NCBI RefSeq assembly: GCF_009834535.1
Contig: NC_045696.1
Location: 25,174,001-25,238,000 of the forward strand
DNA from: Camelus ferus
Lineage: Eukaryota
Direction: 5' to 3'
Length of the DNA: 64,000 nt
The notes below the pieces were generated by a model, which had not been told where the DNA came from, did no database searches, and saw only the letters and a list, made by a program, of their open reading frames with translations. The translations under genes and the position numbers were made by a program. Below, piece by piece: positions 25,971-38,791 of this stretch; the stretch's first letter is position 1; each line of letters starts with the position of its first letter.

Positions 25971-27776
25971 TGCGTGCAGCCAGAGCCGAATACAAAGAGC
26001 AGCATTTTATTTCATTTTCAGTTGTAAATAGTAGTTGCAGTAATAGTAGTACTATGTATATATAGACTTTTTGTCTTGCTGATAGAAATGCAACAATTAG
26101 ACCAAGAAGGCTATATAAATCAAGAAAAACAATCATAGATTCAGTTCTGTAAGAAAAAAAAAAAGTAAGTTTCAAATTTTTAATGTTAGATTATTTTTTA
26201 ACTTGCTCTAAGTTATAATTGTATAGTAACATATCTAGGAATATACTTACTTCCAAGAATAATGAAAAGAAAGGAATTCAAATGCATTGACTCGGTAGAT
26301 TCTACCATGACTTCTAAAATATGGCTTCTTCTCTGATGGGGACTCAGGACTCAGAGCTCTATAACTCTCTGTACATCTCCATGTGTTTAAAATGCAACCC
26401 AGGCGTTCCTGAAATGGGGCAAGTAGTATACGTTTCTGAAGATGTATTCCATAGTGTGTATTCATTACATTTGGGATAGTCTGCATGCTTCAAATAAAAT
26501 ATTTCGACTCCTTTTCTTTCAAGTAATCACTTAGGTTGCACTGCACTATTTAGAAAATGTTGAAAAATTTCATTCTTTTTAATAGTCATTTCCTCATTCT
26601 CCAGCTAGCTTTTAACCTCAGTGCCATTTTGACACAGAGATTAAAAATATCCTGCACCAATCATAAGACGTGTGACCTTTTATGTCCTAAAAGAAAAGGA
26701 TACAGAAAAAGATGATATCATCTGTAGGGGTAGTCTGTTCAGTTCCATAAAAAAAAGAAAATCTCTGTGTGCTACATTTTTATTATGTAGCTTTGTTCCC
26801 AGACCATTTTTCCCCTGTGTATTTGTGTCACGAAGATATTTGATTCAATTTTATGTATTTGTATGTCTCTTTTATTTCTAACAGGAAGCATTAATAAGGA
26901 GGAGAGATTGGGAGTGAGTTTTTGAGTTTGGTATATGAGAACTAGGACATGTATGGCATGCTTAGTCTGAAATGAAGGGTCAGGAGCATTAGATGGTTAG
27001 ATAATTGAGTCATAGCAGCCTAAACCTTCAATTAATATATTTTCAAGGGAAAAAAAGAGCAATAACATTTTCTATAAAGTCTCTGCAGCTCATAGCAAGT
27101 TTATACTGGCCTTTGCTAGTCAGTTTATTTGTGCAAGTATTTATTTATTTTAGCCAATTACAAATCCATCTCTTATACTTTGCTGTAACCTCTCTGAATG
27201 CATATATTCTTTAATTCATGATCCAGAAACTTGAAATGGGATTTTCTCCTTATTTCTTTCTCAAATAGCAGAAAGGATACTGTTGGCTAAATTCAGTGAT
27301 TATATTCAACTACAGTTTTCTGGATCTGAAATGTGATGGGCAGAAACAACATGGGAATAGGCTCAAAGCAGGATTAGGTTTTGCTATCCTATTTAGTGAT
27401 TAAAACTTTTAGGCCCTGCTAAAATATTGATTAACTCCTGTGTCCTTCCAGTAAGCCTTCTAAATGCCCTGCAAGCTGACGGTTCCATATGGACTACATT
27501 GTGCTCTGTAAGACTTTTCATTTGTCAGCATTGCTTATCACTCTGTGACCAACCCATGCCCTTTGAATGACTATAGTGTACCTAAAGTTAGGGACCATAA
27601 ATTAGAGACCCAAGATTAATGTCCCATGTTTGGTTTGCATACAATTGTTTTTGGAGATTGGGCACATATTCCAAAATAATGTTAGCTTTTTAGTGTTTTG
27701 AACAAAATGTGGTTTTAAATTTTCAATTACCACATAAGATTTGAGCCAGTTATTATTTTTGGAAATGCTTTTCACC

Positions 27777-28281
27777 TGTTCCTGGGATCTGTCGCTGTGT
27801 AACAAGTTACTTGGAAACTCTGTGACCAAACATAGTAGCCATTTTATTATTTTATAATCCGGGTCGGGAATTTGGGTGGAGCTCAGTTGGGTGAGTTTTC
27901 TGTTCCAAGCGATGTCAATGGCATTGTTTAGTGGGATTCATTTGGCAAATGGGCTGTTTAAGAGCATCTAAGAGGTGTCATTACATCTGTATTGCTTTTC
28001 TGGGGATACCTGTCCCGCAGGGTGCCACAGGTGGTATCTCCGGGAGCGCAGTCTTGGGGCATCTGGACTTCTCACAAGGCAGCTCAGAGATTCTCCAGTG
28101 TTAAAAGTGGACCAGCAGAAGTTGCAAGCCTTCTTATGACTTAGCCTGGAATTCCTAGAATATCACTTCTTATATCTTCTGTTGGCCAAGCATGTCACAA
28201 GGCCAGCCCAAATTCAAAAAAGAAGAATTAGACTCCACCTTTCAATGGAGAAATAGCAAAGATTATCTTTAATGTCTCACA
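27777..28281 (-). mobile_element. MaLR solo LTR (MLT1H-like)
   Basis: tcgctgtgtaacaagttac...gggtcgggaatttgggtggagctcagttggg...tatcacttct..ttctgttggccaagc..gtcacaaggccagcccaaattcaa..ttagactccacct...atctttaat..caca. Confidence 0.75.
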
Positions 28282-28407
28282 GTTGCCTGATTCACTTTTA
28301 GTCATGACATTTGTTGAGTGAGTCCTAACATAATGTAGAACCATTCAAGTGGCAGGATAGTAACATCAGGTCAACTAAAAATTCACCTTCGTCATCATTT
28401 CTCCCTT

Positions 28408-28530
28408 ATTCATTCATTCATTTGTTCATTCATTCAACAAAGATTAATTGATGACCCATCATAGGCAGGTGCTATCCCAGATGGGAAATGGAGTTGATCC
28501 CTTACAAAACTTAAAATCTAGTGAGGGCAA
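28408..28530 (-). mobile_element. L2 3' end
   Basis: attcattcattcatttgttcattcattcaacaaagattaattga (antisense L2 tail). Confidence 0.7.
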
Positions 28531-28584
28531 GCGGAAAATTTACAGATACACTCTACTCCAAATGTTCCAAATATTCCATTGGCT

Positions 28585-28730
28585 GATTTTTGCAATCTTC
28601 ACAACAGTGCTATGAAGTGGATGTTTGTAGTCATGCTTATAAGTCAAGTGAGAAAAAATTTATAGAAAACTCTTGCTCAAGTTCACACAGCTCATAATTT
28701 TAAAAAAATCACGTCTGCCTGGTTCCAGAT
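28585..28730 (-). mobile_element. MIR SINE fragment
   Basis: aatcttcacaacagtgctatgaagtgga...cttgctcaagttcacacagct. Confidence 0.5.
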
Positions 28731-28925
28731 TGTGTGTTTATCTGTGAGGAAGATCAATTAATTAGTAGAAAATAATTTTGATTGTTTTCTTTTTATTACA
28801 AGATTACACTCAATTTCTGGAATAATTTAGAAAACACAGTAAGGCAAAAAAAAATGACATTAAAAGTCACAGACCTATATTTCTACTGCTCAGACATATT
28901 CAGTGTGATTACCTGGGTGTACCCC

Positions 28926-29428
28926 TGTATCTGTTCACTACTGCTGTGAAACAAACTATTCCCAAATCTTTGTGGCTGAAAATAACAAGTAGTTATTTGG
29001 TTCACTAGTGTGTGGATTGTGAATTTAGACTGTGCTCAGCTGAGCTCTTCTGGCTTTCTGATGGGCTTTTGCGTGCTTCTGTGTCCAGCTGTGAGTTGGC
29101 CAGTCAACTCTGCTTCTGGGTATCGGGTAGCTGATGGCTGGGCTGCCACAGTTCCCTCACACATGATCTCTCCTGCTACAGCAAGCTAGCCGGGGCTTCA
29201 TGTGCCAATCACGGGGTTCAAAGAGAAGACAGAAGTGTGCAATGCCTCTTGAGATCAGCACTAGCATGTAAGCACAAAGCAAGTTACAAGACCATCCCAG
29301 GTTTAAAGGGAGGGGAAATGAACTCTAACTCTTGATCTGGGGAGATGCAAAGTTATATTTCAAAGGATAGGGACTCAGAAAATGGTAAAGAATTGTAGCC
29401 ATTTTCATTTTCTCATTCAAACTATCAC
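28926..29428 (-). mobile_element. MaLR solo LTR (MLT1G/H-like)
   Basis: tgtatctgtt..ctactgctgtgaaacaaacta...gcaagctagccggggctt...aagcaagttacaagaccatcccag...gaagaattgtagccatttt-like block...ctatcaca. Confidence 0.7.
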
Positions 29429-29669
29429 AACTCTTCCATGTTTATTTTCCCCATAGGCCTTTTCAAGGAAACACAAATATAAACATAAAAACACATACAT
29501 ATTTATATATTACAAATATTCTCTAGACAATGGCTTGGTTAAAAATGGTTTGTTGCTTTTTTTTTTAAGAAAAATGATCTATTACCTTTGCTTTTATTTG
29601 CATTTGTTGGATTACATGTAAAATTGAATATATTCCCACATGTTTGTTGGTTACTTGTTAACAGTATTT

Positions 29670-30215
29670 ATGATTTGCTGGGATGAGAAAAAGGAGGTAA
29701 GGTATTACTTGGGAGCACTTTGCAATTATACACTAGAAAGAAAATGACCAGTGGAGCATCACCAGTGTTCAATACAGGAAGAGAGGAGAAAACTGTCATG
29801 AGTACAAGATGTACCTGGCGTGACTCCTGCCTGAATGAGGAAAAAGATGGAGAACTAAACATCAAAAACACTTCTGGCCAGCCTGACAGAATAAGGGTAC
29901 CACTAACAGGAACTGTGAAACATGAAGCAGAATATGATTTTATGAAAAATTTCACTCTTGAACATTGTGACAATAAGATTCAACCAGAACAGCAAATGGA
30001 GATATTAAGCAGGCAATTGATAAACCATGGGGATGAGTTAGTTTTTTTTTTTTAATAAAAGTGATAGTAGGAAAATATTTTACTTTCCAAAGAGATACAT
30101 GTTATTTCCTAAGTAAGAGAAACACAGATGTTTGATAATGTCATGAAACATATTGCATAAGAAACAGAAGAAAGGGAAGTGAACAAAAGAGATGCCAAGG
30201 ATTAAGGAGTATCGT
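29670..30215 (-). mobile_element. L2 fragment
   Basis: cagaacagcaaatggagatattaagcaggcaattgata; aaagagatgccaaggattaagg (antisense L2 body). Confidence 0.45.
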
Positions 30216-30336
30216 AGAATGATTTCTTTCTCACTCCCTGAAATTATTATCCCATGCTTTCTCTTATATGTACCACCTACTGCACTTGCTCTCAACTGAT
30301 GATCATTTCTCATACTTGGTTGTTACAAATAAAATC

Positions 30337-30665
30337 TCTGAGAGGATTTTTAGTGCAGTGAAAACGCTCTGTACAATAACATAATGATAGATACATGTCA
30401 TCGCACTTTTCCCCAAACCCACAGAAGATATAATGCCAAGAGTGAAGCAAAATGTAAACTTTAGACTGTGGGTGATTGTACTGTGTCACTGTAGGTTCAT
30501 CAGTTGAAACAAAGGGACCACTCTAGTGAGGGATGTTGATGATGGGGGAGGCTGTGTGTGTGTGTTTAGAGGCAGAGGGGATAGAAAAAATATCTGTACC
30601 TTCCCCTGAATTTTTTTGTGAACCTAAAAATTCTCCAGAAAAATAAAGTCATAATAAAAAATAAT
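30337..30665 (+). mobile_element. L1MC1-like 3' end
   Basis: gaggatttttagtgcagtgaaaacgctctgta...aaaccc acagaa...tgtaggttcatcagttg..accactctagtgagggatgttgatgatgggggaggctgtg...tgtgaacctaaaa..aaaaataaagtc. Confidence 0.8.
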
Positions 30666-31339
30666 TAAGTAGTTTTATTTAACAATCAGAATGCTGAGCA
30701 TGGTTCATTGGGAAAAAAAAAATATATGGATAAAAAAAAAACAAAAACATAAGGTTAAAAAAAACCCAAAAAGCCTCTCAGCTGCCTTTACATTCCACCA
30801 CCAAACACAACACAACATGTGGCAATTATCGTCCCACCTTGTCTTTGTTCTATCCTTTACAATGAAAAGAGTAGCTCCTTTCCTTCAGAAGCATTGTTCA
30901 GTAAACCCCATCCCTTCTTACCTTCTCAGTGACTCACCCTTCCCCGGCCCCTCTCTCTCCAGTATCAATTGCCTCTCTCTTTCTTCCAATTCACTCTCAG
31001 CAGCAAAGAAATATTCTCTAGTATATCCCATCCAAAATAATAAAAACATCTTTTGACCTCAGATCTGTCTCCATACAGCAACAACAACAAAATGGATTCC
31101 AAAACCCTAAATTGTTTCATACCTGGATCCTGCAAAATTTCTATTCCCTTCTAGTGCACCTCTCCTTGCCTCTGACAGTAATCTGGGCACTGAAGTTGCA
31201 CACTGTTTTTTCTTAAAGGATTTCTATAGGCTGCCTCCTGTGTCTACATCCCTCTTGCTATCTACATGGTTGCTCTTTATTTTGCTTTATAATTGTCATA
31301 TCTTTAGGGGGTCTCTAACTAGTTTAATTGCATCTGCCA

Positions 31340-31752
31340 GAAGGAAATAGGTTCTTTGCAGATGTAGTCAACTTTAAATCCAGTCTTTAGGGTGGGCCCC
31401 AGTCCAGCATGGTTGGTGTCTTTATAAGAAGGGGAAATTTGGACACAGAGACCAACATGCAGAGAGGAAAGATAGAAGACAATGCAGAGACATACAGGGA
31501 GAAGACAGTCACGTGACAATGGAGGCAGCAATTGAAGTGATTCACTTGCAAACCAAATTCCAAGAATTTCCAGGAAGCATGATAAACTAGAAGAGGTAAG
31601 ATTAGATTCTTCCAAGCATCCTTCAGAGAGAACATGGCCTTGCTGACATACTGGTTTCAGACTTCTAGTCTCTAGAACGGTGCAAGAATTATGTTTCTGT
31701 TAAGTCACCTGGTCGATGGTAGTTCGTCACAGCAGCACTAGGAAACTAACAC
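31340..31752 (+). mobile_element. MaLR LTR (MLT1B/C-like), 5'-truncated
   Basis: ggaaataggttctttgcagatgta; ggtgtctttataagaaggggaaatttggacacaga; ccttcagagagaacatggccttgctgaca; end cagcagcactaggaaactaacaca. Confidence 0.85.
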
Positions 31753-31999
31753 AGGGCTTCAAATCTCCACACTAACTCAACCTGTTTTATTTTGGATTAT
31801 TTACTATGGAGTGCTTCTTTCCATCAAACCCTTATTGCACCAGAAATATTCATGTGCATTAGTCTATTTCGGTGTTTGCCATTTCCTTTTTCTGAAGTCA
31901 AGGACGGGGTCTTCCATGTTCACTCTTATGTCCCCAGCTCTCTGCTTGATACACAACAACAATCAATGCATCATTTGCTGTAAACATGAAATGAAGATA

Positions 32000-32520
32000 C
32001 AGTGCCCAAGAAGACAAGGAAACCATAGCTCTGAGTAGAGAATCGTGATGAAGGATGACAAATGCTGCAGTGGAATCAGGAGCAAAAATGGCCACTGGAT
32101 TTTATAATCTTGTGGAAGCAGTTGATGACCTTTGAGCGAGCAGTTTCAGGAAAGTGGGTATGGCAGAAAGCACAACGTAAGAGCTAAGCTCTGAGCCGGC
32201 AGTGAAGAACTGTGGGACACAGGTGTGGTGTGCCCTTTCGAGAAGCTGGCAGTGAAAAGACGAAGAGTAACAAAGCAGAGGCTTAAATTTTCGTTGGATC
32301 TTTATCGACATAAAATGGCAAGAGAATATTCAAATATGAAAGTTGGCTTGTTTATTAATCATAGCAGGAACCTCTCAGGATTCTAGATTTGAAGAGAAAG
32401 AATTCAGTGAAATGAGAGAAGGGGCTGTTACAAAGCAAGGTCTTGAAAAGTAAGAGAGACCAAAATCAGTAATAAGAATAAAAAGTAGATGCCTTTGCCG
32501 TGTTTCTCACTCAGGAAGAA
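32000..32520 (-). mobile_element. L2 fragment
   Basis: caaatgctgc...ccactggattt...gatgacctttgagcgagcagtttcagg. Confidence 0.55.
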
Positions 32521-32859
32521 GAATCAGTCAAGATGATGAAAACAGACAAAGTGTCAGAGAGAGCATAGTATTGAGTGACTTTTATTTTGTTTTGGGTTTG
32601 CTTTTTGAACATATCTTATCTCCTTTACTGGATTATAAACATTTTCCAATCTAGGACATCCTCTATACGTACAAATCAATGTGAAAAGGATATTTTAAGT
32701 GAAGCCCTCTTGTAATAAGTCGTACATAGTTTATATTTACTAGTAAAGTTCCTATTCTCAATTTTATGCCCAACTTTAAAGCTGTTAGATTTTTTTTTAT
32801 TCCTGGAGGGGTTGAAAAAGTTATTCTCATTAAGTCATTTCCTGTTAACAGAAGACCTG

Positions 32860-33075
32860 CTATTAATTGAGTGCCTATTGTATGCCAGGCCCTGTCCTAA
32901 GGTTTTTAAATACATTTTATCATTTGTCTTCTGAAGTAACACAGATGTATTTTGTATCTTTATATAGATGAGATTGAGGATTAGAGAGATTACTTGTCTA
33001 AAACCATACAAAGAGGTTGTAGAAATTATGAGTATCTGTCTGCAGAGCCTCAGATCTTAACCTCTGCATTATTGC
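32860..33075 (-). mobile_element. MIR SINE
   Basis: aattgagtgcctattgtatgccaggccctgtcctaagg...tatagatgagattgaggattagagag...cagagcctcagatcttaacc. Confidence 0.65.
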
Positions 33076-34979
33076 AAACGTTGATATACAAAGCAATTGC
33101 CCTAAAGAAAATTCTAGTTTTATATTAAGCTGAATTTTTCAAGTTTCATTATCTGTTAAAAAATACTGTTTACTGTAAGAACAGTAATAAGCTGTTTCTC
33201 TTCTGACTTTGAAACAGGCTGCTGATTGGCTTTGTAGTTTATCCCACATTTTCCTCTTCTCCTGACAATTTCCTATTTCATTGATATTTTTTAAATAATG
33301 AACCTAAAATTTAGTGTCAATAAAACAAAATGATTGACAAAAATATCCTAAGCAATAAAATTTCTACTTTCCTTGTTTCTGGTATCTCTTCCAAAGAGAT
33401 GCTTGGCAGCAGTGACTCTCTTTTAAATAAATATTGATGTGTCCATTTGGAAACTAATAAAACCTAATGTCTTCCACAGTTGGTAGCAATAAAAGCGAAG
33501 TGCGCATTGTTCAAGGTGGCCTTAATAGCTGACACTTAGGCTGAGTCAGATTTTATAAGCATTTTGAATTATATTACTCAGCAATTATTGCTAGCTTGGG
33601 CATTGGTATGAGCAATTATCTAATGCTTTAAATTATCTAAATCAATATGTAGGTAGTAAAAGCTCAGACATATAACTTGAAAATGGTTCACGTGAACTTA
33701 TTTGACACTGCGTTAATATGTCATTCCTATTTAGCATGTGTTTCTACCTTGTAAACCATTTTAATTTAAAAGTTTAAGATACAGGCTGCTATGACATGAT
33801 AAAACGAATGTTACCATTATAAGGAAAACAGGTTATGTTATAGGCATTAAAATCTCTAACTTTGTGCATGCTTCCCACTGCTGCCCCTAACATTGTTTTC
33901 CTTTACTAAATCGCACATCTTCCAAATAATTGCAGAGAGAAACTACATTAGCTCAGTCCCGCAATAGTTAATTAACTGGTTCTTTTCCCATATTCCAAAC
34001 TTGATCACTTTTCATTTCTTACACTTTTCTGTAGGCACACAAAGATTTTGCACACTTAATGTAAAACATCCCATATTCTGCTAAAAAATATTCTTTGAGT
34101 GGTTAATAGTAGCACGTGATGAGCAATGAACATTGGGATTACACTTCTATTAAGAGAGCAACAACTGAATATTCTACTTAACAACTGTTAAGTGGTGCTA
34201 ATGGGCAGGTTTAGAATTTAGGCCAAGGAGGATATCTAAGTACAAATACAAATCTTGTTACATGTGATTAAGTAAAATGACTTGGGTAATTAAGAGATAA
34301 CTCCAGGCTTAGATAGTATACACTGAAATCTTAATATGCATGTGGTACCTAAGAAGGTCATTTCAGCAGAACCTCGTCTCATCCATATGTGGAACTCCCT
34401 TTGTGATCCATAGGAGTTCCAGGTTTACTCCCAATGACAACTGACCTGCAGAGGGTAAATAGCTTTGGGAAGCATGTCTGGATTGAGAAGGACACTGAGA
34501 GGTTATCTTGCCTGTCTCTCTGCTTTCCAGCAAGGCCAGACTTAAATCATCTGAATAACTTGGACATCCTTTTATTAAAGCTTTTCAGGAAGAATATTTC
34601 TTCGCTCTCCTCATTTAAGCATGTAATATTTAACAGCTCTCATCATCATCACTCTTTTTAATTCATTCATGTACTCTCTGTAGTTCAATTTTGCATTAAA
34701 AAGCCCATTTCCTAATTTTTCTTTCTATAGAATAGATCTATTATCTACATGTGATTTTTTTTTTTCCTTTACATCCTTCAACAGGATCAGGAGCCAGATG
34801 AAATTAAAATTTACTTTTTTGCTTTTGTTTTTGTTTTTAATTTTTTGAGCTAAGCATATAAAGCATTCTTTTTGTTGAAATATTTCTTTCTGTTATATTT
34901 TTCACACCCATCTAGGTGTTCAGAATTTTTTTTCTTTCTGTCAAACCTTCTTTCTTTATTTCCTTTCTAATAAATTTAG

Positions 34980-36400
34980 ATGTAATGGTCATTACTCCAC
35001 CTTTTTCTTGTCAACATCTTCAATTCTTTCCTGTCTTTGCCTGCCCAGGGTACACGTAGGGCAAAACTCCGACTCTGAACTCATCCCTGTTCACCTTCTT
35101 CAGGCCTCACACTGGGCTGTTGACTGAGCTCTTGAAAAACTCTTCATTTCCAATTGCAATCTGACCCACAATATTGCTTAAAAATCTGTCATTTCCCTAG
35201 TTAGTTCTCTTCTACTTGCTAAGGTAACTATTTCAAAACTTCTCCACTCTTTCAAAATCTCTTTTCCTAGTACCACCCTCCTCACTCTGAGTGAGAGACC
35301 CTAGTTTCTACCACAGGGTTAAAAATAAAACCCTCAAGCATCGTTTGAGCTTCCTGTAACCCTCCCCCCTCCCCCACATAAACTCTTTCCTTCCCTCTTG
35401 TTAACTAGAAGTTGTTTTTCTATCTAAGGAGAGTTTCTCCACATCTGGATCTCATTCCTTCCCACAAGATAAATGATCTCTTTAATTGTGTGTTCCTTCC
35501 ATCTCTATTGGTGCAATCCTGTCACTATTTAATCATGTTCAAGTTTTTTCTTTTTTCCACTTTATCGAAAGAAAAAACTAATAAAACCTTTCAACCCATC
35601 TCTCTCCAGATCTGCCTCCTTTCTCTCTTCCACTTGACAGTCAAGAATTTACAGGAGCTGCTTACACGTGCTGTCTCTATTTCTTGTCTGTCATCCAAGG
35701 GTCAACTTGCGTGGTCTCCCTTCACCTCCTACTGAACCACTTCCAGGGGTCACCAGTAATTTGCTCATTTGTGAATACAATGACTAAGTGCACTTCTTGT
35801 CTTATTTGACTTCTTAGTAGCATTTCACACTGTGGACCATTCTGTCTTAGAAATGCTCTCATTCATTGGCTTCTATGGCACCTTCTACTCCTGATTTTTG
35901 ACCATCGCGCTGAAACCTTCTTTGGAGGTTCTTTCTTAACCCATTAGTTAACTATTGGTGTCTGAAAGAATTCTGTTCTAAATACCTTTACACAGGATTG
36001 TTCTTACCTTCTCCCACAGCTCCAGTGAATGTCTTTATATTTTATATCCACTTTCAAATACATTTCTGCTTTCAGTGCACACATCCTGCTTGCAACTGGA
36101 TGTTTCAGTGCACAATCCTGCTTGCAATACTCTTTACTTGAATATTCTCCAGAGCTGAGATGTGGTGTGTCCATATCTGAGCTTGTCCACTTACCCATGG
36201 GTAATTTTCTTCCCTTATTGTCATTCTCTCAATGAATTGTGCTACCACCATCCATCTAGTTATTCAAATCAGGCACTTGGGCATGGTATAAATTCCTCAA
36301 TCACCAAATCCTGTTGTTTTAATGTTCCTAGGCTTTACCCTATTCTAGGCCACCATTATTTCTTGCTTAGATCTATTAATTCTTCCAATTGATTCTCTAG
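34980..36400 (+). mobile_element. L2 internal/3' portion, degraded
   Basis: aaacttctccactctttcaaa; caggggtcaccagtaatttgctc; gtcttatttgacttcttagtagcatttcacactgtggacca; ttggcttctatggcacc. Confidence 0.65.
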
Positions 36401-36769
36401 GTTGCAAGAAGTTTTTTTTCTTCTTTTTCTGATTTGATCATTTATGTTTTATTCTTAAAATCCATTAATTAATGAAACTATGCTCTGAGTTTGTAGTATA
36501 ACCTTACAGAGAAAATTATTCATAAATTATTAATGAATGTAAAGATGAGCAGTTTGTCAGTGAGGCATATTTTAAGCTTTCATATGACGTCTTAAATTCC
36601 TTATTCCCCAAAATATTGTGTGAGTCCAGGGCTGCCTTTGTCTGCTGCCAATTGTATTCATATTATTAATTGATTGTGTGATTTTTGTTTTTCCTTTTGA
36701 GTATCATGGTATCACCAATACTGTTTTGTTGAAGAACAATGTGTTCTGTTTATAGGATTAAGGTTGTTA

Positions 36770-36960
36770 TACACATCATTGCTAATTCTGTATCCCAATC
36801 CTATAAAGAATGTGCTATTATCCACACTTTTCAAGTAAGAAAACTGTACTCCAGGCAAGTCAACTAAGTGGTCTGAGTTCATATAGCCAATAAGTAGCAG
36901 AATAAGGACTTGAACTCAGATCTCTCTGACCATGGATGTTCATTCTTACTCTGCTGTGCA
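36770..36960 (-). mobile_element. MIR SINE
   Basis: gctattatccacacttttcaagtaagaaaactg...aagtagcagaataaggacttgaactcagatctctctgac. Confidence 0.6.
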
Positions 36961-37629
36961 GCACTACTTCCTAAGACAATCGTCCTTAAAATACTAATCT
37001 AAAGATTGAATCTGATGATGCAAGTTTAATTCTACATTTATTTAATACCAATTTTATTACAGGGGTGTTTTTTTACTTTGTGAAAAACTAACATTTTTCT
37101 TTTTTGTTATTCCTGTTTCGTCTAAAGAACATTTTCTAATTTCCTTACTGCTTAGTGTGTATTTTAGCTTTTGAGATGGTTTTTCTGACTCTCAATATAT
37201 GTATTTATGAGCACTGCTGCATGCATTTAAGATGAGAATACAAATCATTCAAATGTTTTCTTACTGTCAGCATGGTCTCTGACCACACATATTTTTAAGT
37301 TTTCTATAGGAAACTCTGTGAATCAAAACAAAACAACCAATTAATACCTTAAGGACTGTGGATCCAAAACCTGACTTTGCTGTGATTTTCTAAAGTCTAA
37401 CATTTAGCTATCAGGCTGGCTGAAATAAACAGGACTAGTTTACCCATGTTTGAGTTCAATCTACTATTGTTGTGTTTGTTTTTCTTCCTGAAGAAAGTCC
37501 TGTGTTTACAATCGCAGGTATTATACAGGTAGCTTGTCTTAATCTCAGGGGAAAATAGTAATTGGATTAGTTAAAAAGAGTTAAACCTATAATAAGTGAA
37601 GTTTGAAAACAAAATTTAACTTTAGTACA

Positions 37630-37750
37630 TTTATCTCATTTAATGCTTTCAAAAATCTCAAGCATTGTGTAAGTATTAAGTATGTTATTTGTTTCATTTT
37701 TTCAGATAAGAAAATTGAGACATAAGAGGTTTAGATTGCAGCTCAAAATT
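37630..37750 (-). mobile_element. MIR SINE fragment
   Basis: atctcatttaatgctttc...catttttt cagataagaaaattgagacataagaggtt. Confidence 0.6.
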
Positions 37751-38204
37751 ATTAAGCAGATTGCAAACATACACCATAACTTCTATTAAATACAGCAATA
37801 TATTTTAAATAAAACATGATCTGTGTCCATGAGAAACTCACAGATTACCTGACATTTCAACAAATGTTTATAAAACAATTTGTTGGTGCAATTATACTAT
37901 GATCGAACATATTAAGATTGTCAATACTTAGGTGAAAAGAGGTGGGGTATTGTCAATTTCCTAAGAATTAACTTGAAGAAACATGCAATATGTATCGTGG
38001 TGGTTAAAGGAAGATATGAGTAATTGTGCCCAGTTAGACCAGCAAAGCCATCAAAGGAGAGAAGTTTCAAGCCGAGTGCTGAAAGGCAAATCTGACAGAG
38101 TTCAGTGGACAGATAAAGGATGATATGCATATTAAACATGGAAACATAAAAGAGTGCTGTGTACCCAAAGAACAAGAGGCTTGTGATACTTGAAATGTAG
38201 TGTG

Positions 38205-38290
38205 AGGGTGCAAACTGCATATGGGTATAGGTGCTCAAGTTGTGCACTGCACAACAGTATGAGCTTTTAGGAGGTGCCACTCATATCCTA
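38205..38290. mobile_element. Possible hAT-Tip100 MITE remnant (MER91-like)
   Basis: Near-palindrome gttgtgcactgcacaac followed by aggaggtgccactcatat. Family assignment is from memory only. Confidence 0.3.
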
Positions 38291-38671
38291 GGCACATACT
38301 GACTCTTATGACATCACCACGGTAGGCTTAGAAACTGGACTTCCAGTGGGGATCTCTAACAGCCAGAAGTCCCCTAAGGATGTTTCTCTTTGTTGCTGCT
38401 CTGGGTGACCTGATTCTCATCTCCCATGGATGTGTGCAGGCAAACAACTAAAAGGTTTCAAACAGAAGAAATGCTTAATGATGATGAAAACTACAAAAAG
38501 GATGATGATGCTGACTGATAATGATAAGAATGTCTAATTGCAATTGAATGTTTTGTATTTACCAGGCACTATGCTAAGAATTTCCTATCCATTATGACAA
38601 TATGAGAATAAATGTTGCTATTATTCCCAACATACAGTTGGCTATATCTTGGGTGAGTGTCTTTTAGGGGA

Positions 38672-38728
38672 TGTGTGGGTGTATGTATGTGTGTGTGTGT
38701 GTGACTGTGTGTGTATAAATATGTGTGT

Positions 38729-38784
<56 letters not shown>
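38672..38784. repeat. Compound (TG)n/(TA)n microsatellite; pure (AT)~26 at 38732-38784
   Basis: Read directly. Confidence 0.95.
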
Positions 38785-38791
<7 letters not shown>

